64,000 nucleotides of DNA from Minutocellus sp. GHC0000111 (GCA_977018835.1 OZ361257.1:1240001-1304000); one strand, 5' to 3'. Positions 25,340-38,022 are shown, counted from the stretch's first letter. Translations and numbers: made by a program. Notes: a model not told the origin generated them from the letters alone.

Positions 25340-26038
25340 TCAAGCTGCCGTGGCAGCCTTTTGTCGTCGCATGCCGCGGACTTGGGCCTCGTCTTTAGCG
25401 CCTCGCATGACAGCATCGTCGGCACTTCTACTGGTATACATAATGGATATGGCTCTTAGGAATTCAGGGTCGTGCCAGTACCCCTCTTGCCATTCCTTTT
25501 CCTGGGCAGTCAATATGGCGTTGGTCAATTCCTCCCTTCGTGTCTTGAGACGAAGAGATGCGACTGGGAAGAGGTTTTCGAGACCACGGTCGCAGAGAAT
25601 GTCGCCATTGGTGGCTGGCACCTGTCCTGTACTGCCGGCACGGACGGCCTTGACGGTCTTCACGACTTCGTTGTGGCTAGCCTTTGTTTCGTCGGAAGTC
25701 CTCCAGAATTTTGCTTTTAGTTCTTTGCTCATGTCACGTTGAGATGGGATGATGCGGACCCTGGCCTTGGGGGAGAAGGATACTTGTACTGCACGATTAC
25801 TATCATCGGGCGGAAGAGTGAAGCGGACCCTGCGGGGCTCGTTGGTGCTACCGATACTTGTGCTGGGAATGTTGGGGGTATGTGACATTGGTTGCTCTTC
25901 GTTGGCAAAGGTGATTTGTTCCGGCACGACCAACGACTTGTTGGCAGGGGCGTCGTCGTTTTCTTCGACCGAAGCACGAAGATTATCGGAAGATCCGGAG
26001 AGGGTTCTCGTCGACAATGTAGCGATGGTACCACTCAA
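25340..26038 (-). CDS. Hypothetical protein (start uncertain, probably slightly upstream)
   Basis: 232 aa ORF with VSFSPKARVRII and CDRGLE segments typical of a common uncharacterised diatom family. Confidence 0.6.
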   Translation of the reverse strand: MSGTIATLSTRTLSGSSDNLRASVEENDDAPANKSLVVPEQITFANEEQPMSHTPNIPSTSIGSTNEPRRVRFTLPPDDSNRAVQVSFSPKARVRIIPSQRDMSKELKAKFWRTSDETKASHNEVVKTVKAVRAGSTGQVPATNGDILCDRGLENLFPVASLRLKTRREELTNAILTAQEKEWQEGYWHDPEFLRAISIMYTSRSADDAVMRGAKDEAQVRGMRRQKAATAA

Positions 26039-27159
26039 AGACTTGAGGTCGGTCGCTGAAAGTGAGGAGGAGTAGGAAGATGAAGAGGAGGTTTGAATGT
26101 AGGTTATTATTGTGCGTAGTTGAGAGGTTGGAAGATCAGTTGAGGTTGTTGGTTGTCAATGGTAATGAAAAGTGAGCATTGGAGTGATGTGAAATTGTGG
26201 GACGTAGCACAGTACCGTATTCCTCGGCGCGGCTCCAGGCTCTATGTGAACACCAAACCGCAGTACTTCCGGCAGTTTATGTGCGATAGGTAAAATGACT
26301 TTTCACGACGTGAACAATGAGGAAAGCGGTGTCCAAGAGTGGCCGTGCGGTCTCGAGTGGGCATTTCCGCAGTGTCTGCAGAAAAGTTGTCAGCTCATAC
26401 GATGAATGATATGAGGAGAAGGGAAATGGCCTGGGGTTTGAGTCATCAATTTCTGTGGCGGCCAAACGTTATTGACAGAAATGCAGGCAAGATTGGAGGC
26501 CTTTGTGTCAGATTGGGTCTTTCCGGTTTCTGTAGGCCGTTTTTAGAGCCTCCAAGCACTTTTCAATGCCTGAGACATCCCCGAGACAGCGAAGATGTCA
26601 ATACAGATGAAAGTCTCTCTACTAATCGCAAGGCAAATAATATGCAGATGCAGGTCAAAGATTGTGCTTTGCAGGGTCGTGCTCGGCGATGCTCATTTTT
26701 TAGAGCCTCTGAGCAGTCTTTTTGCTCAGCTCGGCACACATGGCTGTAGATCTAATTGCTCGGCGATGTCGGCACAGATAGATTCAAACATGAAGGCCAG
26801 AGATTGTGCTTTGTGGAGCGGTGCCGCGTAATTAGTACTACTTCATGACCGCTCGCCAGCAATCCAAAGCCTGAAAGTCGTCAAAGGGGATACGAAGTTT
26901 GCCTCCCCTCGGCTCGTGCCCTCGCCACGCCATGTCAGACCCCATTGGCGCGCATGCCGAGGAAAATTATGCACTTAGTATTGGTGTCTTGGCATGGCCT
27001 CCTACACGTGGTGTTTGTCCCAACGAGGCGCTAGATCTAGCAAGGAATCATGCACATAGCCAACATTGTAGGACAACGAAGATGTAATTGCATGCGCGTA
27101 TTATGCTAATTCGCAATAGATTTTCCATTATACTGCCGGTACCTATTTCGTCCTAAGTA

Positions 27160-28550
27160 TTACGTGCATCCCCTTTTGTGCGCGCCTCTTTCATCAAACA
27201 AATGGTACCAGCCGTTGGCTCCAAATTTGACGCCCTTTTCCACAGGCATCGCTTCGTGGTCCATCCGAGGGTCTCGGTTGCTATTCAAAACACTCGGCCA
27301 GAGCAAGGCGCGGCCTTTCTTGGGTTGGACAGTGATCATTGGATGCAACGCAGTGAAGCGGGTACCTCCACCTAGCTCCACATCGCTCAAATATAGGAAG
27401 AATGTCAAAATTCGAGGTCCGTTCTGTCGGTCTCGTTGGCTTTCGATGTAGTCGTGATGTGAATGGTAGAACTGTCCTTCCTCGTATCGTAAAATTTGGA
27501 GATCTTCCGAGTTATCGGCATCAATATTCATTACCCTCGACATCTTTTCAAGGATTTGCTTTACGATTGGATCATCTCTGCAGCCGGACTCTTCGGTACA
27601 CCAAGCGTTCTCAGAAGTACGACCCTCACTCTTCATGCTACTAAAGCTTCCATCGAATTCTCACCTACGTCTTCACTGCGAGCATACCCCGATTCGTATC
27701 CTTTTTCGATCAGATAATTGCACTCTTCGTCGGAAAGAAAATCGTCAAAACTTATTATCCATGGTGGTTGAGCCAGATCATTTTCAACGCTGAAAGCGCC
27801 ATCTTTCAGCAAAGACTTTGCTGCCGGTCTCGAGTGCACCGTCACTGAGTATCCTTGGCTCCCATCCGCCGCTTCACTCATTATTCGTTCAAACATTGAA
27901 TTGAGAGATCCCGGTACCAACGCTGGTTTGGCATTCGGGTCGATGGGACAACGACTATTCATATCGATCATGTGGCAACTCTTGCAAGAGGGCGCACACG
28001 TAGTAATCATAAATCCGGGGATCGCCTCGCATTCTCCTGTGGCAGCCCAAAACGAACACAGCTCATCTCTAAGCAAACATTTGCTGATGGTGTCCGCCGA
28101 CATATTGTGTGTCGGGTTCTCGCTTAATACAAAATTCTCCATATACACAATTGTCTCCTTCATGGCAAGTAGAGTTGCGCTGGCCAGTTCTCCTTCAACG
28201 ACTTGCTCTTCTCCATAATCCAGCATCAGCCTCTGGAGTCGGGTTTTCACGTCCAATGCCTTGGACACGTCGCGCTCGTCGTTGCCTCCAGAACACGTGC
28301 CACATGATACCGGGCAGTGGTTGTGCATGTAACCAGGATTGGCATCGCACTCGCCTTCGCTAGCCCAAAAATCGCAGAGATCGTCCTCGTCAGCGCATGC
28401 CGATGCCTTCGTGGCAACGGCGTCACAGTGGCCGGTCTCATCATTGACCTTGCATTCCTCTCCTACTTGCTCCTGGGCACTTGTTTGCAATTGCATGTTG
28501 TCGGCCAGGACCACCAGGAGAAGCACGTAATAGCGAGTGTGGCTCTTCAT
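27160..28550 (-). CDS. Secreted ShK-domain prolyl 4-hydroxylase (frameshift ~27660)
   Basis: Signal peptide, two ShK domains (CDFWASEGEC...CPVSC), GRTSENAW, LQILRY...HHDY, FFLYLSDV--GGGTRF, MDHEAMPV, KFGANGW. Confidence 0.92.
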
Positions 28551-28956
28551 ATTTGCTCTACGCCCAGTTGCAATCGGTTGAACACGCCGCCGCCGTCAAT
28601 ACTACATGTACGTAGTTTTCGACCAGCATGAAATGGTCGTTTCGTTCGCCCAAAAAGCAAAAGCAAAATAAAAAGCAAGCGCATGCATTGCGCCAACATC
28701 GACAGCAGACAGTGCAATCGCAAGGGACCATGACATGGAGCACGATTCGGTGAAGGGGCAGCGGCCAGACGGCCGGTTGGCGATGAATGCTGATCGTGAG
28801 ATCGTGAGTGTGATGTGAAACGACAGAGATTTCTATGGCCAATAAATCAAGAGCAAGAGCAAAGGAGAGTACCGGTACACTAGATTCTAAATGTCTCAAA
28901 GATTAAGATCGCCTTCGTGTACATATGTGTACCGATATGTGTGTACATGTACAATC

Positions 28957-30434
28957 TTATCTATTCCTCCTCAGAAGAGCAACGAAGAATCCACCCGTGT
29001 CTTGAGCCTGGGGCAGCAACCGAGAGCACAATTCCAAGCGCATGCTTTCGACGTCATCTTCGTTCACCCACATGCTCCTCTCGGCCTTTTCCATTCCACA
29101 TCTTCATAGGAAGCATAAAATTTCAGCTTGCCAAAAGTCGTCTCCGGTATCATCTTCGCTATCGTCCCCGGCGTTATCATCGGCCTGGCTCTGCTCATAG
29201 GAGGAAATCTTCCAATCGGTGACTCCTGGTTGTCTCTGGAACTTTGGAAGCAGAGCAGAGGGCCATTCCACCAACTCCACAGCGGGACTCTCGTCGGCAT
29301 CATCTTCAGAAGTACCATCACCATCTTTATTCTTGCTATTGAGCCTTCGAAGCGCTGCAGACACAACCGCCTCGTCTTCCACTGGGTTGAGGCTACAGGT
29401 ACTGTAGCAGACAATACCACCCACTTTGATCAGTTCCAATGCCCTGATCAATATCTTGAGCTGCAGTCCATGCAGTGCATTTCCAGTCGCTGGAGTCCAC
29501 ATGGGCAAAATAAACTTATCCTTTCTGATTGTTCCATCTCCAGAACACGGTACGTCGGCAATAATCGCATCAAACAGCTTGCCCGATCTTGGCGAAGGGA
29601 ATTGGCTGGCATCAAAATTGGTGTAGGTGATACGAGAAGTAAGGTCGTCATCCAAACCGGATCGACCAACGGCATCACGGAGAGAATCCAACCGACCGGC
29701 GTGGACGTCGTTGGCGATGACCCGCCCTCGCTTTCCACTTTTGGGATTGGTAGCCGCGGCAATTTCCAACGCCTGCATCGTCTTGCTACCTGGGCTTGCG
29801 CAGAGATCCAGTACTTTGCACCCCGGAATGATGGCATTGAGGGCCGACAGTGCCAGTACCGGTAGCATCGATCCCAATTCCTGTCGAGCGAGTGTGCCAT
29901 TGAGACTACCGTCGACCAGCAATTGCTTGAGTTCTGGTGACGTTCGGGACAGGTTCACCTTGGAAAGATTCGACTGTGCCGTTGCCTGATAGATGCTGCA
30001 ATCTGGATCATATGCAACTGGAGCTACCAGATCTGAATGTTTCTTGGCCAATTGCTTTGATACAACGTCTTGATATGTCGACGAGGCATCGGGATTGCGA
30101 AGGCGGAATGTCAATGGCAGTGGTCGCGACAGGGCATGGATATATGGATCCAGATGCGGATATTTCTTTGATTGAGACCTGTATGCCTGTGCCAGTGGAT
30201 GGGATTCGTCAACTGTAGGAATGTCTGTGGAACTTCCAGCTTTTTGGAGCTGCGGCTCTGATTCTGATGTGCTCGTCTGATGATGATGACCATTCTTCTT
30301 CTTGCGTCGCTTGGCAGCTCTCGACACGCCCTTGCCTCGTTGCTGCCCGCCGCTCTTGGTAGGCGATGCCGAAGCACTAAAATTGCCAACAGCAGCAGCC
30401 TTGTCTGCCACCACACCAATCGGCTGGCTACCAT
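28957..30434 (-). CDS. NOL1/NOP2/Sun-family (NSUN2/Trm4-like) RNA m5C methyltransferase (two frameshifts ~29135 and ~29090; start uncertain)
   Basis: RQELGSMLP, VLDLCASPGSKT, DVPCSGDG, YSTCSLNPVEDEAVV; terminal RLLPQAQDTGGFFVALL lies in a shifted frame. Confidence 0.92.
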
Positions 30435-30505
30435 AATACGATACAAAGAGAGCGTAGCCGGCACCTGACTTGCGATGCCACAGAGCCAGAGCATTCTGAT
30501 CTTGC

Positions 30506-31546
30506 TTGGCAATGCTCTTGCTCGCCGACGACTTGCGTGCATCCGAGAGGGGATTGTTGGTACCACCACCGCCGCTGCTCTTGGAGGTGGAAGACGCTTT
30601 GGTAGTGGCATCGATGGCGCCGTCGCCGTTTCTTTTGCACGACGTGTCGAGAAGATGCCTCGGAAAAGGAACGTCTTCGCAAGCTCAAGAAGCACTGCCG
30701 AGAGAAGTATCCCTGGGCCCTGTGTGTGTTTGGATCTGGTCGTTCGGGGAGTTTGTAACGGGTTCTGCGTACGAGTCTGTCCGAGCTTTGCGAAAGGCCG
30801 CCGCATATCAGCATCCGCGGGCGCTGATCGTTCTTGCCCAGCACTTGCTAGAAGGTATGGGATGTTCCGTCGATGTCGCCGAGGCGCTCTCCTGCTTCCG
30901 ACGATGTGCAGTAGTCGACCCATCCTACGAAGCCACTGCGCAAGAACTCTTGTTCTCGTATGCGGGCGACTCGGTGCAGAACGGTGACATCCGAATTGCG
31001 GTTGACATTTGCTCACAACTTGCAGCGGCTTGCAATGTCAAGGCCCAATACTTTGTCGCCGCCTACGGGATGTTGCTGGATCACGGTGGTGCTCGCGATT
31101 TCATGTATCGCTGGCTGGTCATGGCCAGCATAAACAACAGCGACTTGGCAAAGCTAGGCCCGGCCGAAGTAGCCTTGCGACTTGGCAAGGTGCCTCAAGC
31201 TCGTCTCTTCTTTCGCCGATATCGCCTGCTCGACGGATCGAATGTTATCGAGAGCACGATGGGTACCGTCGATGCGTCCACTTGCGTTGAACTCTTGCGA
31301 CAGACATTTCGAGATGTTAGGCGCAACTGTGGATACTGTGGCATCTCCCTGGATCGAATGACTCGGAAGCTTTGCAAAGGGTGCGAAACGGTAGCATTTT
31401 GTTCTCGTGATTGTCAGAAGATGGATTGGAATGGAAAGGACGGACATAGAAATGACTGCAAGGATGCAATGGCCCTGAGGGCTGAGTGCGTGGGGAGATT
31501 GTGTCCATTTGTTCTTCGAGATAATCTTGTTGTTAATGTTTTATAA
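30506..31546 (+). CDS. SEL1-like repeat plus MYND zinc finger protein
   Basis: LAQHLLEGMGCSVDVAEALSCFRR (SEL1-like); CGYC...CKGC...FCSRDCQKMDW...HRNDC (MYND). Confidence 0.8.
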   Translation: MAMLLLADDLRASERGLLVPPPPLLLEVEDALVVASMAPSPFLLHDVSRRCLGKGTSSQAQEALPREVSLGPVCVWIWSFGEFVTGSAYESVRALRKAAAYQHPRALIVLAQHLLEGMGCSVDVAEALSCFRRCAVVDPSYEATAQELLFSYAGDSVQNGDIRIAVDICSQLAAACNVKAQYFVAAYGMLLDHGGARDFMYRWLVMASINNSDLAKLGPAEVALRLGKVPQARLFFRRYRLLDGSNVIESTMGTVDASTCVELLRQTFRDVRRNCGYCGISLDRMTRKLCKGCETVAFCSRDCQKMDWNGKDGHRNDCKDAMALRAECVGRLCPFVLRDNLVVNVL

Positions 31547-31571
31547 CTGAATCAAACTACGAGATTCTTAA

Positions 31572-33084
31572 TCAATTGCAGCCTTTTCGCGCCGCTGAGA
31601 CATAGTCGTATTGGTGGATCCACGCGTTCGCAGCGAACTTGGTGCCCTTTTCGACGTCCAAGGCTTCGTGTCGGGTCCGTGGGTCCATCCTCATGGGCTC
31701 ATCGTCTCTAACGCTCGGCCACAGCAAGGCACGACCTTTTTTAGGCATGATCGTCAGTGGCCCAAGGTCAGGAAAATTTGTACCTCCGCCAGCGTCGACA
31801 TCGCTTAGGTACAAGAAGAAGGTCAAAATGCGCGGACCGCATTGACGGTCGACCTGGTGCGAAATATAGTCGTGGTGGGCTCGATAGTGCTGTCCATCTT
31901 CATACTTGAGAACCTGGAAGTCCTCGTAATGATATGAAGGGATGTTGGTTACATTGCCTATGCGATCCATGACGCGCTGGGCAATTTCGTCTTCTCTACA
32001 GCCATTCTTGCTGGTGCACCATGCGTTGTGGGAAGTGCGCCGTGTACTCTGAGTCGAATCGAACGATCCATCAAATTTTGCCCCCCCCACATCTTCACTG
32101 CGCTTGTACTCTGCCTTGTGCCCCAAGTTGATGAGATGTTGGCATTCCTCGTCAGTGAGGAACCCATCAAAAGTTACGACCCATGGAGGACCACCATATT
32201 GTTGGTCGCTCGTGTCTGTGGCCTTCTCCGCTTCCTCTGCCGTCCATGGTCTCGAATGCACTGTAACCGTGTAGGGAGGCATGTCAGAATCAACGTCCCT
32301 TTCCTCCACAGAACGATTGCCTGGAGCCGATGCTACAATATTCTCAAACATTTTGTTTAGCCCACCCACCTCAAGTCCAGGCTTCGCATTTGGATCTCTC
32401 GGAGGGCATCGGGTCGCTGGTCGATATGTGTAGATAGGTAAAGATATATGGTGAGTGGGTAAGCAAACATAATCAGCAATGTTACATTTACAGTTCTTCC
32501 TTTGGTCCGCCTTCACCTTCCTGAGACTCACCAAAATCAATCAGATGGCAACTTTGGCAACTGGGCGCGCAATTGCTGGCCATCCAGGCTGCGTTGTTCT
32601 CACACTCCCCGATGGCACTCCAAAAGGCACACTTATCGTGCCGATTGCGGCACTTTTGGATCGTATCCTCCGACATTGTGTGCGTTGGCTTGTCTCGCAG
32701 GACGAAATTGCGCATGTAACTGATGGTCTTTCGAATAACCAGCAACGTGGCCGATGCCTCCGCTCCCTCGGCTTCCTGCGGCTCTCCGTATTGCTTCACC
32801 AGTTCCAATATTTGCTCCCGATCGGCCGACGTTGGTTCCGGCGGTTGAAATGCCTGGCATGCCTTGGCGCAATTCTTTTGCATCCAATTTGCATTCGCCG
32901 TACACTCGCCCTTTTCGGCCCAGAAATCACAGTTCTCGTGCTTGTTCTCCAATGCATTTGCTGCCTCGCAGATCTTTTCGCCGTTTTCAGATACCCGGCA
33001 TTGCTGTTCATCTGCCCCCACATGCCTTTGCTGCTGGGCAAAGATGGAAAGCAGGAGGACGAGAGTCGTCAAGGGGGAGAACAT
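31572..33084 (-). CDS. Secreted ShK-domain prolyl 4-hydroxylase, paralog of 27160-28550 (intron 32417-32531)
   Basis: Signal peptide, two ShK domains, RRTSHNAW, HHDY, FFLYLSDVDAGGGTNF, TRHEAL, KFAANAW. Confidence 0.92.
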
Positions 33085-33521
33085 TCTATTGATTATAGTT
33101 ACGTTGGAATGCCAAGTTGCGGTACCGTGAGGTCGACGATATCGAAGGATCCCATCAAGTGGAAAATAAATTAGGCGGCGATGAACAAAACGGTCATCAA
33201 CATGCGCATCAGACGAACTGCCCTGATGACGGCCAGACCAGCACTTTGAATTTTCACCCAACTTCCAAGTGACGTGGCAAGCCAATGACGTCGGTCGCTG
33301 CTGCTGGCAGCTGCTGCTGCTGCCATCGCCAAGCAATTCGATTCCATTGCATGAATTTTCTCACTTGATGTGATGTATTGGTGGTCATTTGCCCATACCA
33401 TTGCTGGCTAGCGGAGTATTATCTGTCATTACGATCGTAGAAGAGTCCATTGATTGTGTGGTCCTCATTCCCCACTCGCTTCAGCCTTGACACTGAGAAT
33501 TTAATTTCCCAACATCAATCA

Positions 33522-34430
33522 ATGGGAGGAGGTTCTGCCGCCAAGGAGCATCCCTTTGAATACCTGGCCGCAAGCGCCATGGCGGCCTCAATCAACTATC
33601 CACTTTGGCGGGCGTCATGTATAGGCCAGGCGGGGTTTCGGGTGACGGCGTCGGCCGTGCCAGCCGCCATTGGAGGCATCGTTGCTACCGTCCCACCCTC
33701 AATAGCACCGTTCTTCTATGCCTTTGCGCCACCCTACAAGGGCATGACGGCAGTCATTTCCGGCATGACTTGGGCCAGAGCGGCCATCTTTTGGGGCAGT
33801 GATCGGGGCAAGGAGGTGCTCAAGGCGGCGTTTCCGACTGCGCCGTCAAGCTTCCACACGATCCTCCCACCATTGCTCGTTAGCACTGGCGTCCAATGCA
33901 TCAATCAGCCCATCGTGAGGGCCAGTGTAACGTTGCAAAATCCAGAGTCCAACTTGCCCAATACGAGGGAGGCAATAAAGTTTATGTATCGGAACCACGG
34001 CCTGGGTGGGCTATGGCACGGCACATCTGCGGGCATCTTGAAGACCGTGCCAAAATATTGCACAGCAATCATCATAAAGGATTACATGGAATCGGTGCTA
34101 CCGGTGGTCGATCCGACAAGTCCAACCTACAACACTGACGTATTGATCCGATCGGCAGCGAAAAGCATGGCAGCCGGCGTCGCTGGCGCGGCATTGACCA
34201 ATCCATTTGATGTCATCCGCAATGAAATGTTCAAGGAGAGCAAGAGTTTGGTCGACACGGTGAAATCGCTACAGAAGGAATTGGGTTGGAGATTCATGCT
34301 GCGTGGTATTGGCAAGAATATGGTTGCCGTTGCCATCCCCATCGCATGTACCATCTTTTTCACGGATGCATTGATCCAATTGAAATTGAAGAAAAAGCGG
34401 TCATCACTGGAAGGAGCGCAAAAGCAATGA
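33522..34430 (+). CDS. Mitochondrial carrier (SLC25) family protein
   Basis: Three-repeat layout with YPLWRA, QPIVRA, NPFDVIRNEM and GLWHG motifs. Confidence 0.85.
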   Translation: MGGGSAAKEHPFEYLAASAMAASINYPLWRASCIGQAGFRVTASAVPAAIGGIVATVPPSIAPFFYAFAPPYKGMTAVISGMTWARAAIFWGSDRGKEVLKAAFPTAPSSFHTILPPLLVSTGVQCINQPIVRASVTLQNPESNLPNTREAIKFMYRNHGLGGLWHGTSAGILKTVPKYCTAIIIKDYMESVLPVVDPTSPTYNTDVLIRSAAKSMAAGVAGAALTNPFDVIRNEMFKESKSLVDTVKSLQKELGWRFMLRGIGKNMVAVAIPIACTIFFTDALIQLKLKKKRSSLEGAQKQ

Positions 34431-34479
34431 CGCTGAAGAAGAAGCGGTCATCACTGGAAGGAGCGCAAGAGCAATGACG
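34387..34479 (+). repeat. 47 bp tandem duplication of the carrier gene 3' end including its stop codon
   Basis: TGAAGAARAAGCGGTCATCACTGGAAGGAGCGCAARAGCAATGACG occurs twice. Confidence 0.9.
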
Positions 34480-34671
34480 GCATTGTTTGTTTCTGCTCAA
34501 TACTTTTCATGTGATGTACTCTGTATGTCAGTTTTCTGTGTGGTTCATAATACTACTAGCTAATAGAATGATATGAAAGTTTCCCCTGAGTTTTACTCTA
34601 CATGCATTTGTAGCTAGGCATGGGCTATGTGTAGAGCCCAGCTATATGTACGCTGACCTTTGCTTTTGTGT

Positions 34672-35205
34672 TTATTTCCCCGCGTCATTGTCCGAGGAAG
34701 AGCCGGGCATGCTGAGGGCCTCTCTCTGTCTCGCTAGCTCCGCCAAATCTTCCGTCCAGAACTGACCACTCGCGGTCGGCATGCCTCCCCCGCTCTGCTC
34801 TCCGTCGACGCTGTCGTCGCCAACATCACAACCGGTTCGGGCACTCAGCTCTTGGATGAGACGGGCATTGCGCAGCAACGCATCGGCGGTCTCCCGGGCC
34901 AACACTTGGCGCTTCCCGCACAGATTTTGGCAGTCAGCCTCGAGCTGATCCATGGAGGATTCTAACGCCGAGATGCGTTCCAGGAGGCGCACAGGGTCGG
35001 GAATGGGTTGGCGGTTACCACCATCGGCATGCTGCTGTTCTGCTCCCAAAGCCGATACATGCACGATTTTCGTCAGCCTCCTCTTGATGGCTGAAAATTC
35101 GGAGCGCGTTCGGGACAGCTCGTCTGTCCATGACGCCGATGCCGTCTCCATAGTTCCAGTTTTGTTGAGTTGGGTCCGTTTAGGTGCTGTGGGTTGAAAT
35201 GGCAT
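34672..35205 (-). CDS. SKA2-like kinetochore coiled-coil protein
   Basis: SEFSAIKRRL...DPVRLLERISALE...LEADCQNL resembles the SKA2 NPV-LL-RL pattern. Confidence 0.55.
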   Translation of the reverse strand: MPFQPTAPKRTQLNKTGTMETASASWTDELSRTRSEFSAIKRRLTKIVHVSALGAEQQHADGGNRQPIPDPVRLLERISALESSMDQLEADCQNLCGKRQVLARETADALLRNARLIQELSARTGCDVGDDSVDGEQSGGGMPTASGQFWTEDLAELARQREALSMPGSSSDNDAGK

Positions 35206-35653
35206 CCGAAGTCAGTGCATCATGCAAGCTCGGTATTTCGTATTACATTCGATGTCTGCCTCATTTTCACTTCGTTCTCGTGCTCATCGTGGTTCTTGAG
35301 GGGAAACTCAAATATTGTCACGATGACATAGCAGAAACGTAACGCAATTGCCAAAAACGGCCACTCCGCGAAGAAACATGAAACGGCCGCCCATACCTAG
35401 GTACTCGTATGTAACAAAACCGAACAAAGAGATCGATGACCACAGCCCGATCAGGAAATACTTGGTTCCACCTCCCCCCAATGGGTTGCTTACGTTGACG
35501 ACAAACGACAGCGACGATAGCCTCCACTTCCTTTTCTCGAGCCGAGATCATTGGCTGAGTGGCTGGTCAAGTGACTGTTGCCTTTTTGGAAACCAAGCAC
35601 ATATTTCTCGTCTTGATTTATTCCCACCGAGAGGCAATAGAGAGTAGAAAGAC

Positions 35654-37876
35654 ATGTCGGGAATCCCGCCTCCCCCTCCCCCACCGCCGCCTCCTCCGCC
35701 ATACGAGAATAGCGGCCGTGACCGAAGCACAAATGCGGCCACGCACGGCAGCTCTCGGACCATGCACGCGTCCGTTGACGTCGTCGCCCAAACCCCGCCG
35801 CAGCCACATAACAGCCTTGCCGGCGGCGCACCTGGCGGCAGTTCGAACCATCAGCATGTGCATCCAACCTCGGCGCCGACGCCGTATTCCAGCAACGTGA
35901 CGGCGGTGCCACCGCCGCTACCACCGGGACCACGGACCAGTTCCGGCACGGCCGCCCGGGCCCACGCATACGCGTCAAGTCGGATGGCCTCGTCGAGTTT
36001 TGGGGATTTTCACGTCAGTCATTTGAACGGCGGCGCCGGGAGCTCTGCTGCGGCGGTGTATTATTCCGGCAATTCGTCGGCCACAACTGCCGACCACGTG
36101 TCGTCGGCTGCTCCAATGTCGAGCGTCGGAATACCGTCGCAGCAGCGATCGCTAAGCACGGACGATGCCGACATTGCCGCTGGGCTCTACGTGGGCGGTG
36201 GCAGAGGACGGCACGTCGCTGCATCGACGTCGTCCTCGAAGCATCAGCAACACCGCAGCAGCACCGGCGCTCGTCGCCGGGCGCCGCGGCAGAATGCTCT
36301 GGATGCCTTCCGGGATTCCGAGGCGGACTTTTTGAAGCTCAGCAGCGTCGGCAGCGTGGCGGGCAGTACTGGCACGGCGGGATACATGAGCGGGGCCGAG
36401 AGCAGCATCGGGACCATACTGACCCCACCCACCAGTGGCAACATGGTCTTGAACTTGCCCACCTTGGACAGCAAGGGCGAGGGCGGTGGGAAGGGCGCGG
36501 ATATCGACCACCGGGAGCAGATACTTGTCCTTGGCATTGATATTTCGCACCTGTCTCGGAAGAAGCAGTTCATCTATTGTGCTGGCGGAGTGTTTTTCTT
36601 TTCGTTGCTCTATGGGTTCCTCCAGGAACTCATTAGCGTGACATTGTGCTGTCGACAGCTGGGACTCTTCTTAGCAGTGGCGCAATTTTCGGGATATACC
36701 TTCTGGAGCTATCTATTGCGAGAGTATGTCAATGAAAAACAGGCCCGGCACCGAAGAAGAAGCATGAGGATGAATGGCGATGGTGGTGGCAATCATGCAT
36801 TGGAGTTGGATGGCGGTGCACATGGAGAATCGCCATCGGCTATATGTTGGCGCAACGGGTCCAGTATAGTTCGATCTATCTTCAGAAGAGGTGGCAAATC
36901 ACCAAGTGCTGGGAAGAAGGGACCGCAGGGCAAGGGAACTATTCCCGTTCCTATCGCAACTTATCTCGGCCTTTCCATCTTACGTGCAATTGATCTCGGT
37001 GCTACCAATCTGGCAATGCAATATGTCAATTACCCCGCCAAGACCCTCATGAAGTCTGCCAGGGTCGTCTTCACTATGCTCTTCGGCGTTATCGTAGCCA
37101 AGCGTCGATATCAGCTCGGTGACTACGCCGTCGTAATGATCATGGTCGCTGGTCTTGCCCTCTTTATGCATGCCGATGCCAACTCGAGCGCCGTCTTTCA
37201 GCCCTTTGGCATCATGCTCCTCGTCCTTTCGCTCAGCTGCGATGGTGCTATATCCAACGTGTCCGAGAATTTAATGAACCAGTTTGGTGTCGGCCAAGAC
37301 GAATTCATCTTCCGATTGTACAGTATCGCTACTCTTGCCATTTTAGCCGCGGCAACATTCAAGGGTGACATGACAGAGGGAGCTAGATTCCTTTTCCTTC
37401 CTGGAACTTACGATGAGATCAACAATGGCGAAGAGCCGACGTGGTCAGTGGCTAGAAAAATATTTGTCGTGGTTCTTTTTTCTACCATGGGATTTTTCGG
37501 TTCTAGCTGTTCCGCTGCCATTACCAAGCACTTTGGTGCCCTTACCATGTCTATTACCTCTACCGCAAGAAAGGCAACAACACTTTTCCTTTCGTTTGCT
37601 TTCTTCAATAACGTCTGTACCCTCGAGCATATTGGCGGTATTGTTCTCTTCATCACAGCACTCATCATGAAGAGTCTCAGAGCGAGTCGAAAGGGACGTC
37701 ATCGTAGTCATTCCAGGAAAAAGCGACTGCGAAGATCACCAGAAAGAACACCACTTGTGAACTCCACGAGTAGCATTGAAATTGGAAGTGGAGGTGCCGA
37801 TGCTGCTGCACTTCATCAGCGAAGGACTGGCAACAGCCCTATGCGCCATCCCAATCGTAGCTCCAATGTTGTATAA
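35654..37876 (+). CDS. UAA-family (SLC35B/PAPST-like) nucleotide-sugar or PAPS transporter
   Basis: YGFLQE, MQYVNYPAKTLMKSARV, HFGALTMSITSTARKATTLFLSF; about 10 TM helices after a disordered N-terminus. Confidence 0.9.
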   Translation: MSGIPPPPPPPPPPPPYENSGRDRSTNAATHGSSRTMHASVDVVAQTPPQPHNSLAGGAPGGSSNHQHVHPTSAPTPYSSNVTAVPPPLPPGPRTSSGTAARAHAYASSRMASSSFGDFHVSHLNGGAGSSAAAVYYSGNSSATTADHVSSAAPMSSVGIPSQQRSLSTDDADIAAGLYVGGGRGRHVAASTSSSKHQQHRSSTGARRRAPRQNALDAFRDSEADFLKLSSVGSVAGSTGTAGYMSGAESSIGTILTPPTSGNMVLNLPTLDSKGEGGGKGADIDHREQILVLGIDISHLSRKKQFIYCAGGVFFFSLLYGFLQELISVTLCCRQLGLFLAVAQFSGYTFWSYLLREYVNEKQARHRRRSMRMNGDGGGNHALELDGGAHGESPSAICWRNGSSIVRSIFRRGGKSPSAGKKGPQGKGTIPVPIATYLGLSILRAIDLGATNLAMQYVNYPAKTLMKSARVVFTMLFGVIVAKRRYQLGDYAVVMIMVAGLALFMHADANSSAVFQPFGIMLLVLSLSCDGAISNVSENLMNQFGVGQDEFIFRLYSIATLAILAAATFKGDMTEGARFLFLPGTYDEINNGEEPTWSVARKIFVVVLFSTMGFFGSSCSAAITKHFGALTMSITSTARKATTLFLSFAFFNNVCTLEHIGGIVLFITALIMKSLRASRKGRHRSHSRKKRLRRSPERTPLVNSTSSIEIGSGGADAAALHQRRTGNSPMRHPNRSSNVV

Positions 37877-38022
37877 TAGTATAATGCTTATATAAAGTAA
37901 AAGGATTTTGCGCACATGTAAAGTTGATATATTGGCCAATTACCGGTACCGGCGCTGGTACCGGTAGATAGCAGCCAGCCAGTCCTTGGCTTTTCAATTC
38001 TTGCTTTGCTATGCTCGCTCGG

